Shown: positions 24,510 through 33,236, counted from the first letter of the stretch. The stretch is DNA of 36,814 nt from an uncultured bacterium (GCA_963923845.1 CAWULR010000002.1:1-36814), one strand, 5' to 3'. A program made the numbers and translations. The notes: a model not told the origin generated them from the letters alone.

Positions 24510-26288
24510 TCACGGGCAGCCGGCGAGCGGCGTGCCGAACGGGCTCGTCGCGACGATCTGCACGCTGCTGCCGCTCGGCACCAGGACGCCGGCCGCCGGA
24601 GCGATGAGATCGACGATCTCGGTCGGGTCGATCGACGCCGAACTCGGGTCGAGCGTCAACCCGACCGCCTCGAGCGCGAGGGCCGCCTCGGCCACCGGCA
24701 TGCAGCGGAGGATCGGCACCGCCGTGTCCGCCGCGCCCGACGGTTGCGACGATCCGCTCGGCGACGGCTCTGGCCCGAGCGAGACGACGATGTCCACGCT
24801 GCTGCCGTTCGCAACCTGGAGTCCGGCGCGAGGGTTCTGTTGGATGATGCTGCCGCTCGGGGCGGTTTGGGACCAGGCAGAGATCACCTGACCGAGCCGG
24901 AGGTTCGCCGACTTCAGGCGCTTGGTCGCCTCCGCCTCCGTCGCCTCGAACAGATCGGGGACCACGGCGAGTCCTGTCCCCGCCACCACGCGGACTTCGA
25001 TCACGCTGTCGGTCGGGACGAGCGTCGTCGCCTCCGGCGACTGCGAGAGGATCGTGTCGACAGGGAGCGACTCTGAGTTGACGCGCTCCACCACCTTGAT
25101 GCGCAGTCCGAGCTGCTCGACGATGGGGATCGCCTCGGCGAGCGTGAGCGATGCGATCGGCGGGACCTTGACATTGGCGTCTGGGCCGCCACCCGCGTCG
25201 ACGAGACGAAGGCCGAAGATCACGCCGGCGAGCAACAGAATCACCGCGAGCGACACGCCGCCGATGGTGAACAGCGTCGAGCGCAGCGAGAGTGCCTCGG
25301 AGTCGCTCTCGTCGACCCACTCGTCGTGCGGATCGACCGGCGCCGACGGTTCGCCCGGTCCCGCTTCGCCGGCGACGCGCGAGACGCGCGTTCCCGCAAG
25401 TGCGCGCGGTGCGCCCGCCGCCGGTCCGACAGCGCGCGGCTGAATCGACGTTCGTCCCGCTTTGATCACGAACGACTCGAGCGCGTCGGCGGCCGCGGTC
25501 GCGTTCGCCGGTCGTGACTTCGGGTTCGCAGCGAGCAGGCTCCGAGCGATCGCATCGAGTTCGTCTGGAATGTCCGGGCGCAGCGTCCGCGGCGACGATA
25601 CGGCGGCACCGTCCGCCGGTTCGGCCGGCCTGCGACCGGTCAACAGCTCGAAGAGGACGACGCCGAGTCCGTAGAGGTCCGAGCTGGACGTGGCGGCGCC
25701 GCCGGCTGCGACTTCTGGCGCGACATAGTGGGCCGTTCCCATCGGAACCGATCCGCTCGACGGTGGCCGTGGTTCGCCCTCCTCGAGCGTTGCGTGGGCA
25801 ATGCCGAAGTCGGTGATCTGCGCCCGGCCCTCTCGTCCGATCAGGATGTTGCGCGACGAGACGTCGCGGTGGATGATGCCGCGCTGGTGGGCGGCGGCGA
25901 GACCGCGAGCAACCTGCGCTGCGATCGCCGCGGCCCGTCGCGGCACGAGCGGCCCGACGCGACGGAGCATGGAGGCGAGATCTTCGCCGTCGACGAACTC
26001 CATGATGATCGCCGGCGCTTCTCGTTCCGGCGCAACGTCGAAGACGGCGGCGACGTTCGGGTGCGAGATGATCGCAGCGGCGCGTCCTTCGGCGCGGAAC
26101 CGCGCGGCAGCGGCCGGCGATGCGGCGAGTGCGCCGCGCAGGATCTTGACGGCGACATCGCGTCCGAGAGCCTCGTCGACGGCGCGAAAGACGAACGCCG
26201 CCGCACCTTCGCCGATCTGCTCGTGCAGGCGGTATCGTCCGGCAACGAGGTCACCGGACTTCGGTCGAGGTTCGGTGGCGCCGGTCAC
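24510..26288 (-). CDS. Hanks-type Ser/Thr protein kinase with TM helix and 3-4 extracellular PASTA domains (PknB-like)
   Basis: IGEGAAAFVF, VAVKIL, HRDVSSRNILI, DFGIA, GTAHYVAPE. The TM helix is IGGVSLAVILLLAGVIFGL. PASTA-like repeats follow (VPDLFEATEAEATKRLKSANLRLG...). I chose GTG 26288, which overlaps the galU TGA (GTGA). The track ORF extends to 26384. Confidence 0.85.
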   Translation of the reverse strand: MTGATEPRPKSGDLVAGRYRLHEQIGEGAAAFVFRAVDEALGRDVAVKILRGALAASPAAAARFRAEGRAAAIISHPNVAAVFDVAPEREAPAIIMEFVDGEDLASMLRRVGPLVPRRAAAIAAQVARGLAAAHQRGIIHRDVSSRNILIGREGRAQITDFGIAHATLEEGEPRPPSSGSVPMGTAHYVAPEVAAGGAATSSSDLYGLGVVLFELLTGRRPAEPADGAAVSSPRTLRPDIPDELDAIARSLLAANPKSRPANATAAADALESFVIKAGRTSIQPRAVGPAAGAPRALAGTRVSRVAGEAGPGEPSAPVDPHDEWVDESDSEALSLRSTLFTIGGVSLAVILLLAGVIFGLRLVDAGGGPDANVKVPPIASLTLAEAIPIVEQLGLRIKVVERVNSESLPVDTILSQSPEATTLVPTDSVIEVRVVAGTGLAVVPDLFEATEAEATKRLKSANLRLGQVISAWSQTAPSGSIIQQNPRAGLQVANGSSVDIVVSLGPEPSPSGSSQPSGAADTAVPILRCMPVAEAALALEAVGLTLDPSSASIDPTEIVDLIAPAAGVLVPSGSSVQIVATSPFGTPLAGCP

Positions 26289-27175
26289 CTCTTCCCGTCC
26301 CGCAGGTGGTGTGCCAGCGTCGTGCGCAGCTCCGCGCCGTAGATCGGATGCTCCAGCGCCAAGCCGAGGTTCGCCTTCAGCCAACCGTCGGGCGCCCCAA
26401 CGTCGTAGCGCGTGCCGCTGAAGCGGTAGCCGACGATCGGCTGCTCTTCGGCGAGGGCCTGGATCGCGTCGGTCAGCTGGATCTCACCGCCCGCGCCGTG
26501 CGGGGTCTGCTCCAGCTTGTCGAAGATCTTCGGGCTGAGGACGTAGCGACCGACGATCGCCAGGTTCGACGGCGCATCTTCCGGGGCCGGCTTCTCGACG
26601 AGCCCGCGGAGCGGGATCGTCGTGCCGCCGTCGGGCGACGGAAGCGTGGTGTCGGGGTCGACAATCCCGTACCGCCGCGTCTGGTCGCCGGGGACCTGCA
26701 TCACCGCCACCACGGAGGCGCCGGTCGACGTGTAGGCGGCGATCAGCTCCCCGAGCGCCGGCCGCGATCCGATGATCAAATCGTCCGGCAGGACCACCGC
26801 GAACGGCTCGTGGCCGACCGCATCGCGGGCCATCAGCACGGCGTGCCCAAGGCCGAGCTGCTCCTTCTGGCGCACCGTGACGAGGTGCACCAAGTCCGCC
26901 ACCGCGCGCACCGCGCGAAGGTGCTCGATGTCTCCCCGCGCCTCCAAGACCGCCTCGAGGTCGGCGGCGATGTCGAAGTGGTCTTCGATCGAGCGCTTGT
27001 GTTCGCTCGTCACCAGGACGACCCGCTCGATGCCGGCCGCGATCGCCTCCTCGACGGCGTATTGGATGGCGGGGCGATCGACGATCGGGAGGAGCTCCTT
27101 CGGCACCGCCTTCGTGGCGGGGAGGAAGCGTGTCCCCCAGCCGGCGACCGGGAAGACTGCGGTGCGGATCTTCAT
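26285..27175 (-). CDS. galU: UTP--glucose-1-phosphate uridylyltransferase
   Basis: MKIRTAVFPVAGWGTRFLPATKAVPKELLPIVD is the canonical GalU N-terminus, followed by VEKP. ATG 27175 is preceded by GGAGG. Confidence 0.9.
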   Translation of the reverse strand: MKIRTAVFPVAGWGTRFLPATKAVPKELLPIVDRPAIQYAVEEAIAAGIERVVLVTSEHKRSIEDHFDIAADLEAVLEARGDIEHLRAVRAVADLVHLVTVRQKEQLGLGHAVLMARDAVGHEPFAVVLPDDLIIGSRPALGELIAAYTSTGASVVAVMQVPGDQTRRYGIVDPDTTLPSPDGGTTIPLRGLVEKPAPEDAPSNLAIVGRYVLSPKIFDKLEQTPHGAGGEIQLTDAIQALAEEQPIVGYRFSGTRYDVGAPDGWLKANLGLALEHPIYGAELRTTLAHHLRDGKR

Positions 27176-27230
27176 CGACGCCTCCAGCTGGGCCTCGTGG
27201 TGGGGTTGGAGCAAAGGATAGCAGCCACCT

Positions 27231-28271
27231 CTATGGCTTCCGTTCTCCTCGGGCGCGGCGCAGCGCCGCACGCAGCGGTGCGCCGAGCAGCGGAAGGGTG
27301 ATCTCGTCGGGATCGTCGACACTGGTCAGGAAGCCGATCAACAGCACCAGTGCACCGACCGCCTTCCCGAGTTGATACGCCTCGGTGGAGCCCGCCCTCG
27401 TCAACGTGTCGGTCAGGCTGGGAACGAACGCGCCGAGCGCGATCAGGAGCGTGGCGGGGACCCGACGGTTCAGCGTGCCGCTGCGCCATGCCGCAAACGC
27501 CAGCGGCAGGCTCGTGACGAAGTTGACGGCGATTGCGAACGGCGCAATCGCCAGGTTGAAGAGCAGCTCGTCGCCGCGCTGTCGCGGATCGCTCGAGTAC
27601 GGGAGTGCGCGGACCTTTGGCATGAACACGTAGGCGGAGAAGAGCGCACCGGTCAGCAGGGCGAAGGCGCCGCTGATGTTCAAGAGCGGCGTGAGGAGTC
27701 GCAGTGCCGGCGGCACCAGCTGCGCAACCGGCGCGCCGGTCTGCGGATCGGTTGCCCACCCCGGCGCTGGAAGCGCCGCCGTTGCGACAAGCGGGAGCGC
27801 CCCGACGCTCAGCAACACCACGAGCCCCACGGCGATGCGACTCCACCGCGGGCTGCCGAGATAGGCGAGCCAGGCGACCGAGGCGGCGGCTCCCCACGCG
27901 AGCAGCGCGTAGAGCAGTGCGATCGGTCCCGCGGTCGCGTCTTCGAGTCGTCGTGCGACCAGGATGGTGAAGAGGCCGGCGAGAGCGAGGCAGGCCGCAT
28001 ACCAGTAGCCGAACCTCGTCTTGGAGAGCAGCACGACCGTTCCGGTCCCGAGCCAGCCGGCGGTCCAGACGGCGCCGGTGAGATACCAGACGCGGTACAG
28101 CGGCTCGCTCCAGCCGAACGAGGCGGCGAGCGCCTCCGCGCCGGCGGCCGCCGCGAAGGCGGCTGCGCCGACCGCCCATGCGAGTTGATACGGTGCGCGG
28201 CGAACCGAGTACTGGTTCACCAGGAGCGCGGCGAAGAGTGCGGCGGTGAGCGCGGTGAAGAGTGCGATCAC
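27231..28271 (-). CDS. hypothetical polytopic (about 9-10 TM) membrane protein
   Basis: 346-aa ORF with high GC3 and repeated hydrophobic helices. I recognise no family motif. Confidence 0.6.
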   Translation of the reverse strand: MIALFTALTAALFAALLVNQYSVRRAPYQLAWAVGAAAFAAAAGAEALAASFGWSEPLYRVWYLTGAVWTAGWLGTGTVVLLSKTRFGYWYAACLALAGLFTILVARRLEDATAGPIALLYALLAWGAAASVAWLAYLGSPRWSRIAVGLVVLLSVGALPLVATAALPAPGWATDPQTGAPVAQLVPPALRLLTPLLNISGAFALLTGALFSAYVFMPKVRALPYSSDPRQRGDELLFNLAIAPFAIAVNFVTSLPLAFAAWRSGTLNRRVPATLLIALGAFVPSLTDTLTRAGSTEAYQLGKAVGALVLLIGFLTSVDDPDEITLPLLGAPLRAALRRARGERKP

Positions 28272-28283
28272 GTCCGGTCCGGC

Positions 28284-28640
28284 CTACGCCGGAAGAAACT
28301 CGTGATCACTCTGGTGGAGCCCGTCGCAGAGTCCGATCGCCCTGCCGTCGGCGGTCTCCAGAGCGACCGGTCGCATGATCTCGCGCACCGAACTGAGTCG
28401 GCAGAAGTACCAGCCGTTCGCCGCCATCCACTCGGTGGGGCAGCCCGGCTTCGCGCAGAACTGGAACGGACCGGGGTTGATCGGCGACGCGCTCTCGAAG
28501 GACGGAGCGACCTCGGTGGCGATGATGTCCAGCACGCTGACGCGGAACGGCGTGCCGCTGATCGGCCCTCTGCAGCCGGCACAGCGAATGGCGCTGTTCT
28601 CGGTCACGATCGTCGGGATCTTGATGCCCATGATCTCCAT
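28284..28640 (-). CDS. hypothetical soluble Cys-containing protein
   Basis: 118 aa from ATG 28640 (MEIMGIKIPTIV...). Contains CAGC, FCAKPGCP, FC and LC. GC3 is strongly coding-like. The stop lies 12 bp upstream of the next gene's start. Start is uncertain (28706, 28640 or 28631). Confidence 0.5.
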   Translation of the reverse strand: MEIMGIKIPTIVTENSAIRCAGCRGPISGTPFRVSVLDIIATEVAPSFESASPINPGPFQFCAKPGCPTEWMAANGWYFCRLSSVREIMRPVALETADGRAIGLCDGLHQSDHEFLPA

Positions 28641-28729
28641 GGCCGAATCGTACCCGAGCGGAGGCGCGGTGTCGGGCGTGCGCGACCACGACGCACGGCC
28701 ACCCACGGACGAGCGCGAGGTCGTACCCT

Positions 28730-29068
28730 ATGGCGATGAACCAGAACCGTGGTCGACGCATTCGCGGCGTGATCTCGCTCGGCACCGGGGTCGCCGTCGT
28801 CGTTGCGCTCGGCGCATCGTTGATCTACTTCCTCTGGGTCGCCAGCATCCGCAGCGCGGATCAGATCGGCCAGCTCTCGATCGGCACCCTCGTGGTCGGG
28901 ATCGCGTGCGCCTTTGCGGCGCTGATGCTCGCCTTCAGCATGATCCGAGCGATTCGCCGCGCCGAAGACGGGCGCGCACTGCTCGCCGCACTTCTCGGCG
29001 GCGGATTCGCGATCGCCGCAGCGGCGGCCTTCGCCGCCTCGAACGTGCTCGGCAAACTCGCGGGCTGA
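28730..29068 (+). CDS. hypothetical small 3-TM membrane protein
   Basis: 112-aa ORF with hydrophobic segments and coding-like GC3. Confidence 0.45.
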   Translation: MAMNQNRGRRIRGVISLGTGVAVVVALGASLIYFLWVASIRSADQIGQLSIGTLVVGIACAFAALMLAFSMIRAIRRAEDGRALLAALLGGGFAIAAAAAFAASNVLGKLAG

Positions 29069-29128
29069 TCGCTCGCACCGGCTGACTCCGACCAGCGCGG
29101 CAGTCGGGTGCTACCCTCGCGTTCGCGC

Positions 29129-29205
29129 GCCCCTATCGTCTAGAGGCCTAGGACGCCACCCTTTCAAGGTGGAGATCACGGGTTCGAATCCCGTTGGGGG
29201 CACCA
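29129..29205 (+). tRNA. tRNA-Glu (anticodon TTC), CCA encoded
   Basis: Hand-folded. Acceptor GCCCCTA/TGGGGGC, D-stem GTCT/GGAC, anticodon stem CCACC/GGTGG with loop CTTTCAA, T-stem ACGGG/CCCGT with loop TTCGAAT, discriminator A, then CCA. Confidence 0.9.
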
Positions 29206-29248
29206 CGCCATCCAGGACGAGCGGGGCTCGGCGTGCCATCCTGAGCGC

Positions 29249-29602
29249 ATGCCGATCGTGATCGTCGCCTTCCTCTGCTACGCGCTGCTCCTCCTCGCAG
29301 GTCTCGGCCTCACGCTCGGTCGGATCGTCGAACAGGCGACGAACGCGCCGATCACGCTCCAGGGCGTGGTCTGGATGGCACTCATCGCCGCCTCCATCTT
29401 CACCATCACGCTCGTGCTGCAGCGCAAGCAGGCGGGGCGAGGGTTTGCGATCGGCCTGAGCACGGTCCTGCTCCCCGCCGGTCCCCTCATCGCCCTCACC
29501 GTCGGCAACTGGCTCCCCGGCCTGCCGCCGGTCCTCCTTGCGCTGCTCCTCATTCGCGGTCTGCGCGGAGCCGGCGCGCGCGCGTGGTTGAACGAGGTCT
29601 GA
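29249..29602 (+). CDS. hypothetical small 4-TM membrane protein
   Basis: 117-aa hydrophobic ORF with no recognisable family. Confidence 0.45.
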   Translation: MPIVIVAFLCYALLLLAGLGLTLGRIVEQATNAPITLQGVVWMALIAASIFTITLVLQRKQAGRGFAIGLSTVLLPAGPLIALTVGNWLPGLPPVLLALLLIRGLRGAGARAWLNEV

Positions 29603-29623
29603 GCTTCATGCACGGGAGGATCC

Positions 29624-30490
29624 ATGGGTAGCGACGAACGCCAGAAGCGCCTCGCGTTGGGCGGCGCGTTCGATCTGCCGCTCGACGTGCACCTGCACAC
29701 GCTCTTGTCGCCGGACTCGTCGGTACCGGTCGACGTCTACCCGGCGCTCGCCATCGCGCTCGGCATGCCGCGGATCGCCATCACCGACCACCTCGACTTC
29801 GATCCCCGTGAGCCGGGCACGACCCTGACATCGCATGAACGTCGCGTGGAGGTGATCGAAGAGCTGCGCCGCAGGTTCGGCGACAAGATCGAGATCTTGC
29901 TCGGCGTCGAGATCACCTACGAGCGGGCCTACGAACGCGACATCCGCGACCACCTGAAGCGGCATCGCTACGACCTCACGATCGGCAGCGTCCACCCGGG
30001 CATCGACTCGCCGTTCAAGCGCTCGCGAACGGCGGTGTTCGCCGGGAGCGACGCCAACGTGACCGCACCGTACTTCGACGAGGTGCTCGGTGCCGTGGAG
30101 AGCGGGCTCTTCGACATCCTCGGCCACGCCGACTACGTCCGAAAGTATGTCTACCCGCACATCCCAACGGACCGGTTCGAAGCCGCGCCCGAACTCTACG
30201 AGCCGTTCCTGCAGGCGCTCGTGAAGACAGGAACGGCGCTCGAGATCAACAGCTCCGGTTGGCGCCAGCGCACCGGCGTCTGCTATCCGCTGCCACAGGC
30301 GGTCGCACGATACCGAGAGATCGGCGGACGCTTCGTCGTCAGCGGATCCGATGCGCACGAGCCCGACTGGTTCGCACTCAACTTCGACCGCGCACGCGAC
30401 CTCCTCCTCGAGCACGGCTTCGAGGAGCTCGCAACCAAGCGCTGGAAGGATGCAGGCGAACGCTGGCCGATCAAGGGCACCGCGGGCTGA
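29624..30490 (+). CDS. PHP-domain histidinol-phosphatase (HisJ) family hydrolase
   Basis: DVHLHT, ITDHLDF, GSVH, GHADY, SGSDAH form the ordered PHP metal-ligand motifs. GGGAGGA lies upstream of the ATG. Confidence 0.8.
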   Translation: MGSDERQKRLALGGAFDLPLDVHLHTLLSPDSSVPVDVYPALAIALGMPRIAITDHLDFDPREPGTTLTSHERRVEVIEELRRRFGDKIEILLGVEITYERAYERDIRDHLKRHRYDLTIGSVHPGIDSPFKRSRTAVFAGSDANVTAPYFDEVLGAVESGLFDILGHADYVRKYVYPHIPTDRFEAAPELYEPFLQALVKTGTALEINSSGWRQRTGVCYPLPQAVARYREIGGRFVVSGSDAHEPDWFALNFDRARDLLLEHGFEELATKRWKDAGERWPIKGTAG

Positions 30491-30542
30491 ACGCCCGGGA
30501 ACTGACTCGACGCGAGCGAGCTACGACGCGTCTGGAGGAGTC

Positions 30543-31064
30543 TCAGTCGGGAGGAATCGTTGGGTCGGCGCTCGAGAACCCGCGCTCGGCGGCGAGCGCA
30601 ACGACCCCCTCTTGGTCGACAAGGACGTAGGCGCGGATCACGTCGAGCGCGTCGCCGGCAGGAATCTCCATCGTCGGACGGACATCGTCGGTGACGATCA
30701 ACCAGAAGATGCCGCTGAGTCCGGCGGCATCCGAGCCCGCGCTGGTCAGCCTGATCAGTCGAACATGCGGAGTGGCGCCGATCGGCGCGTCGGCTGAACG
30801 AGCGGCGCGCACGGCGCTCTGCGGCGATATCCCGGCGAGGACCGTATCGGCCGTCACCGCCTCCCAGCCTGTGGGCAGCGGAAGGTCGAGCGGGCGAATG
30901 CGGTCCGCCTGTGCGCGAAGGAGGAGCGCGCCGACGATGAAGGCGACGGTGAGGAGGAGTGCGACGCGAACGATCTGTCCGCGACTCACCGGCGTGGCGA
31001 GTTCCACCCCTGCGGGGGGCGTCACCGTTGCCGACTCGGGCGCCGGCGACTCGTTCTGGTTCAT
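30543..31064 (-). CDS. hypothetical membrane-anchored extracytoplasmic protein
   Basis: 173 aa with a single TM helix (VALLLTVAFIVGALLL). No family recognised. Confidence 0.5.
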   Translation of the reverse strand: MNQNESPAPESATVTPPAGVELATPVSRGQIVRVALLLTVAFIVGALLLRAQADRIRPLDLPLPTGWEAVTADTVLAGISPQSAVRAARSADAPIGATPHVRLIRLTSAGSDAAGLSGIFWLIVTDDVRPTMEIPAGDALDVIRAYVLVDQEGVVALAAERGFSSADPTIPPD

Positions 31065-31103
31065 GACGACATCGTGCCAGAGTTTCGCGGCTACGATTCG
31101 GGA

Positions 31104-32918
31104 ATGACGAGTTCAGGAGCCGCCCCGAAGGGATCGACGCGCGCCGCCTCGCTGCCCCGCGACCCGCTCCTCGGCACCCCGCTGCGCCACGTGGTGCGCG
31201 ACGCCATCGGCCGAGCCCTCCGCCGGGCTGTCGCCTCGGGGGCGCTGCCGGCCCTGGAGGATCCGACGGCGCTCGAGACGCTCATCGCCACGATCGAGGT
31301 GGAGGTCCCGGCGAGCAGCGACCACGGCGATTACGCATCGAACATCGCGATGAAGTCGAGCAAGCTGCTGAAGCGCGCACCGGCACAGATCGCCGCCGCG
31401 ATCGCCGCCGAGCTGGCCGCCGAAGCGGGCGAGCGGATCCACGGCGGCGCGGGGGCACTCGGGCCGATCGTGCGCGCCGACGTCGCGGGGCCCGGCTTCC
31501 TGAACGTGCGCCTTCGCGCCGGACTGCTCGCCGAGCTCCTCGACGCGATCGTCGCCGCACCGAACGCATGGGGGCATCTGGTGTCGCCGTCCAAGGGCCA
31601 ACCGACGCGCGTCAACGTCGAATTCGTCTCCGCGAACCCGACCGGACCGCTCACCGTTGGCAACGCCCGCGGCGCCTTTGTCGGCGATCTCCTGTCGCGC
31701 GTCTTGGAGGCGGCCGGACAGGAGGTGACGCGCGAGTACTACTTCAACGACTTCGGCGAGCAGGTGCGCCGACTCGGCGAAAGCGTCATCGCGCTTCGCG
31801 ACGGACGTGAGGTCGCCGAAGACGGCTACAAGGGCGACTACGTGGCCGACCTTGCGGCGGGGATTCCGTCGGAGATCGCAGACCAGGCGACCGCCGCGCG
31901 CACCGCGGGAGCAGCCGGCTCAGACGACGATGAGGTCGCCGTCATCGGACGTTGGGCGTCTGAGCGCATCCGTCGCGGCATCCAGTCGTCGCTTGCGTCG
32001 CTCGGCGTGGAGTTCGACGTCTGGCGATCCGAAGGCTCGCTCTACACCGAAGGGTTCGTCGATCGCGCCATCGAGAAGCTGCGCGCCTCGGGGTGGCTCG
32101 AGGAGCGCGACGGCGCACTCTGGTTCAAGAGCACGGCGCTCGGCGACGACAAGGACCGCGTCATCAAGAAGTCGACCGGCGCGTACACGTACTTTGGTTC
32201 AGACATCGGATACGTCGAAGAGAAGTTCAGTCGGGGATTCGACCATCTCGTCTACGTCTGGGGCGCCGACCACCACGGCACGGTCGCGCGCGTGCGCAAC
32301 GCGGGAGTCGCGCTCGGTTACGAACAGGAGCGCATCGAGATGCTGCTGGTCGCATGGGTTCGGTTCGTCCGCGACGGCGTGGAGATGAGCATGTCGAAGC
32401 GCGCCGGAACGTTCGTGACCTTGGACGAGCTGCTCGAGGAGATCGGCGTGGATTCTGCACGATGGTACTTTGCGTCGCGCAGCGCCAACACGGCGATCGA
32501 CTTCGACATCGAAGCGGCGACGGCACGCAACAACGAGAACCCTGTCTACTACGCGCAGTATGCCCACGCGCGGATGCAGTCGATCCTGCGCAAGGGAGCA
32601 ACCGAAGGGTTGACGGCATCGAATCAGATCGGCGACCTACTCGACGACGAATCGACCCCCGATGCGAAGCTGGCTCGCGTGATCGTGCGTCTCCCCGAAG
32701 TCGTCGAAGATGCCGCGGCACATCACGAGACACAGGGAGTCACCACGTACGCCACAGAACTCGCCACCGCGTTCTCCGCCTTCTACCGCGACGCGAAGGT
32801 GGTGGATCCCGGTGCCGCGGCGCTCTCTGCCCAACGCCTCCGTCTCGTGGCGGCGGCGGCGGCCAGCCTCGCCGCCTCCCTCCGCCTCCTCGGGATCTCC
32901 GCCCCCGCCGAGATGTAG
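31104..32918 (+). CDS. argS: arginine--tRNA ligase
   Basis: Class I signatures SANPTGPLTVGNAR (HIGH-type) and MSKRAG (KMSKS-type), with C-terminal anticodon-binding motifs. ATG 31104 is preferred over GTG 31074, which would leave only 9 bp to the divergent gene. TACGAT sits 6 nt upstream of 31104. Confidence 0.9.
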   Translation: MTSSGAAPKGSTRAASLPRDPLLGTPLRHVVRDAIGRALRRAVASGALPALEDPTALETLIATIEVEVPASSDHGDYASNIAMKSSKLLKRAPAQIAAAIAAELAAEAGERIHGGAGALGPIVRADVAGPGFLNVRLRAGLLAELLDAIVAAPNAWGHLVSPSKGQPTRVNVEFVSANPTGPLTVGNARGAFVGDLLSRVLEAAGQEVTREYYFNDFGEQVRRLGESVIALRDGREVAEDGYKGDYVADLAAGIPSEIADQATAARTAGAAGSDDDEVAVIGRWASERIRRGIQSSLASLGVEFDVWRSEGSLYTEGFVDRAIEKLRASGWLEERDGALWFKSTALGDDKDRVIKKSTGAYTYFGSDIGYVEEKFSRGFDHLVYVWGADHHGTVARVRNAGVALGYEQERIEMLLVAWVRFVRDGVEMSMSKRAGTFVTLDELLEEIGVDSARWYFASRSANTAIDFDIEAATARNNENPVYYAQYAHARMQSILRKGATEGLTASNQIGDLLDDESTPDAKLARVIVRLPEVVEDAAAHHETQGVTTYATELATAFSAFYRDAKVVDPGAAALSAQRLRLVAAAAASLAASLRLLGISAPAEM

Positions 32919-32938
32919 GCGCCCCACGGGGAGGTGGG

Positions 32939-32957
32939 GTGCCGCCGTAGGCGGCGC
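32939..32957 (+). terminator. GC-rich hairpin 21 nt after the argS stop (8-bp stem including one G-U pair, 3-nt loop), no U-tract
   Basis: gtgccgcc-gta-ggcggcgc, by inspection. Confidence 0.3.
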
Positions 32958-32967
32958 TGCTCTCAAC

Positions 32968-32995
32968 GGCTGACCCGCCGAGGCTGACCCGCCGA
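32968..32995 (+). repeat. perfect tandem duplication of a 14-mer (ggctgacccgccga x2)
   Basis: Read directly: 32968..32981 is identical to 32982..32995. Confidence 0.9.
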
Positions 32996-33099
32996 CGGGG
33001 GTTGAGAAGTCTTTACCTGCCTGCCCACTGCGGATTCACGTGGGCGCCCGATGATGGGCGTCCGGTTCGCTGGACCTCCCTCCTGAGAACCGACCTCCC

Positions 33100-33136
33100 G
33101 CCAGGCGGGGGCGATGGGCATTGCTCCCCGCCTGGC
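33100..33136. other. strong 11-bp perfect hairpin (GCCAGGCGGGG / CCCCGCCTGGC, 15-nt loop) in the long argS-MBL intergenic region
   Basis: Arms at 33100..33110 and 33126..33136 are exact reverse complements. C-rich tracts flank it on the + strand. Confidence 0.8.
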
Positions 33137-33236
33137 ACAACCCCCTCCACGCTCCCCTCCAGGCCCCCGTTTTCACGCTCAGACGAGCACGACGTCAGGT
33201 ACGACGCTGGGCTGGACCGCGTGGGAGAATAGGGCG

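Noticed and set aside
26289-26384. 32-aa N-terminal extension of the kinase ORF (start at 26384)
   Set aside because: It would overlap galU by 100 bp and encodes low-complexity sequence. GTG 26288 gives a classic GTGA junction and a normal distance to the Gly-rich loop. The question remains open pending proteomics.
30491-30542. Hairpin gacgcg-N12-cgcgtc between convergent genes as a bidirectional terminator
   Set aside because: The stem is only 6 bp with a large loop and no U-tract. The support is too weak to annotate.
33020-33115. Riboswitch look-alikes: GCCCACTG (B12-box-like) and CTGAGA followed by ACCT (THI-box-like)
   Set aside because: These are isolated short matches. The other obligatory conserved segments of the cobalamin and TPP aptamers are absent, and the downstream gene is unrelated to either cofactor.
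33002-33232. 76-aa TTG-initiated ORF filling the argS-MBL intergenic region
   Set aside because: It is Pro/Arg/Gly-rich, has no SD, shows no coding-like third-position bias by eye, and spans the strong hairpins. It is more likely non-coding.
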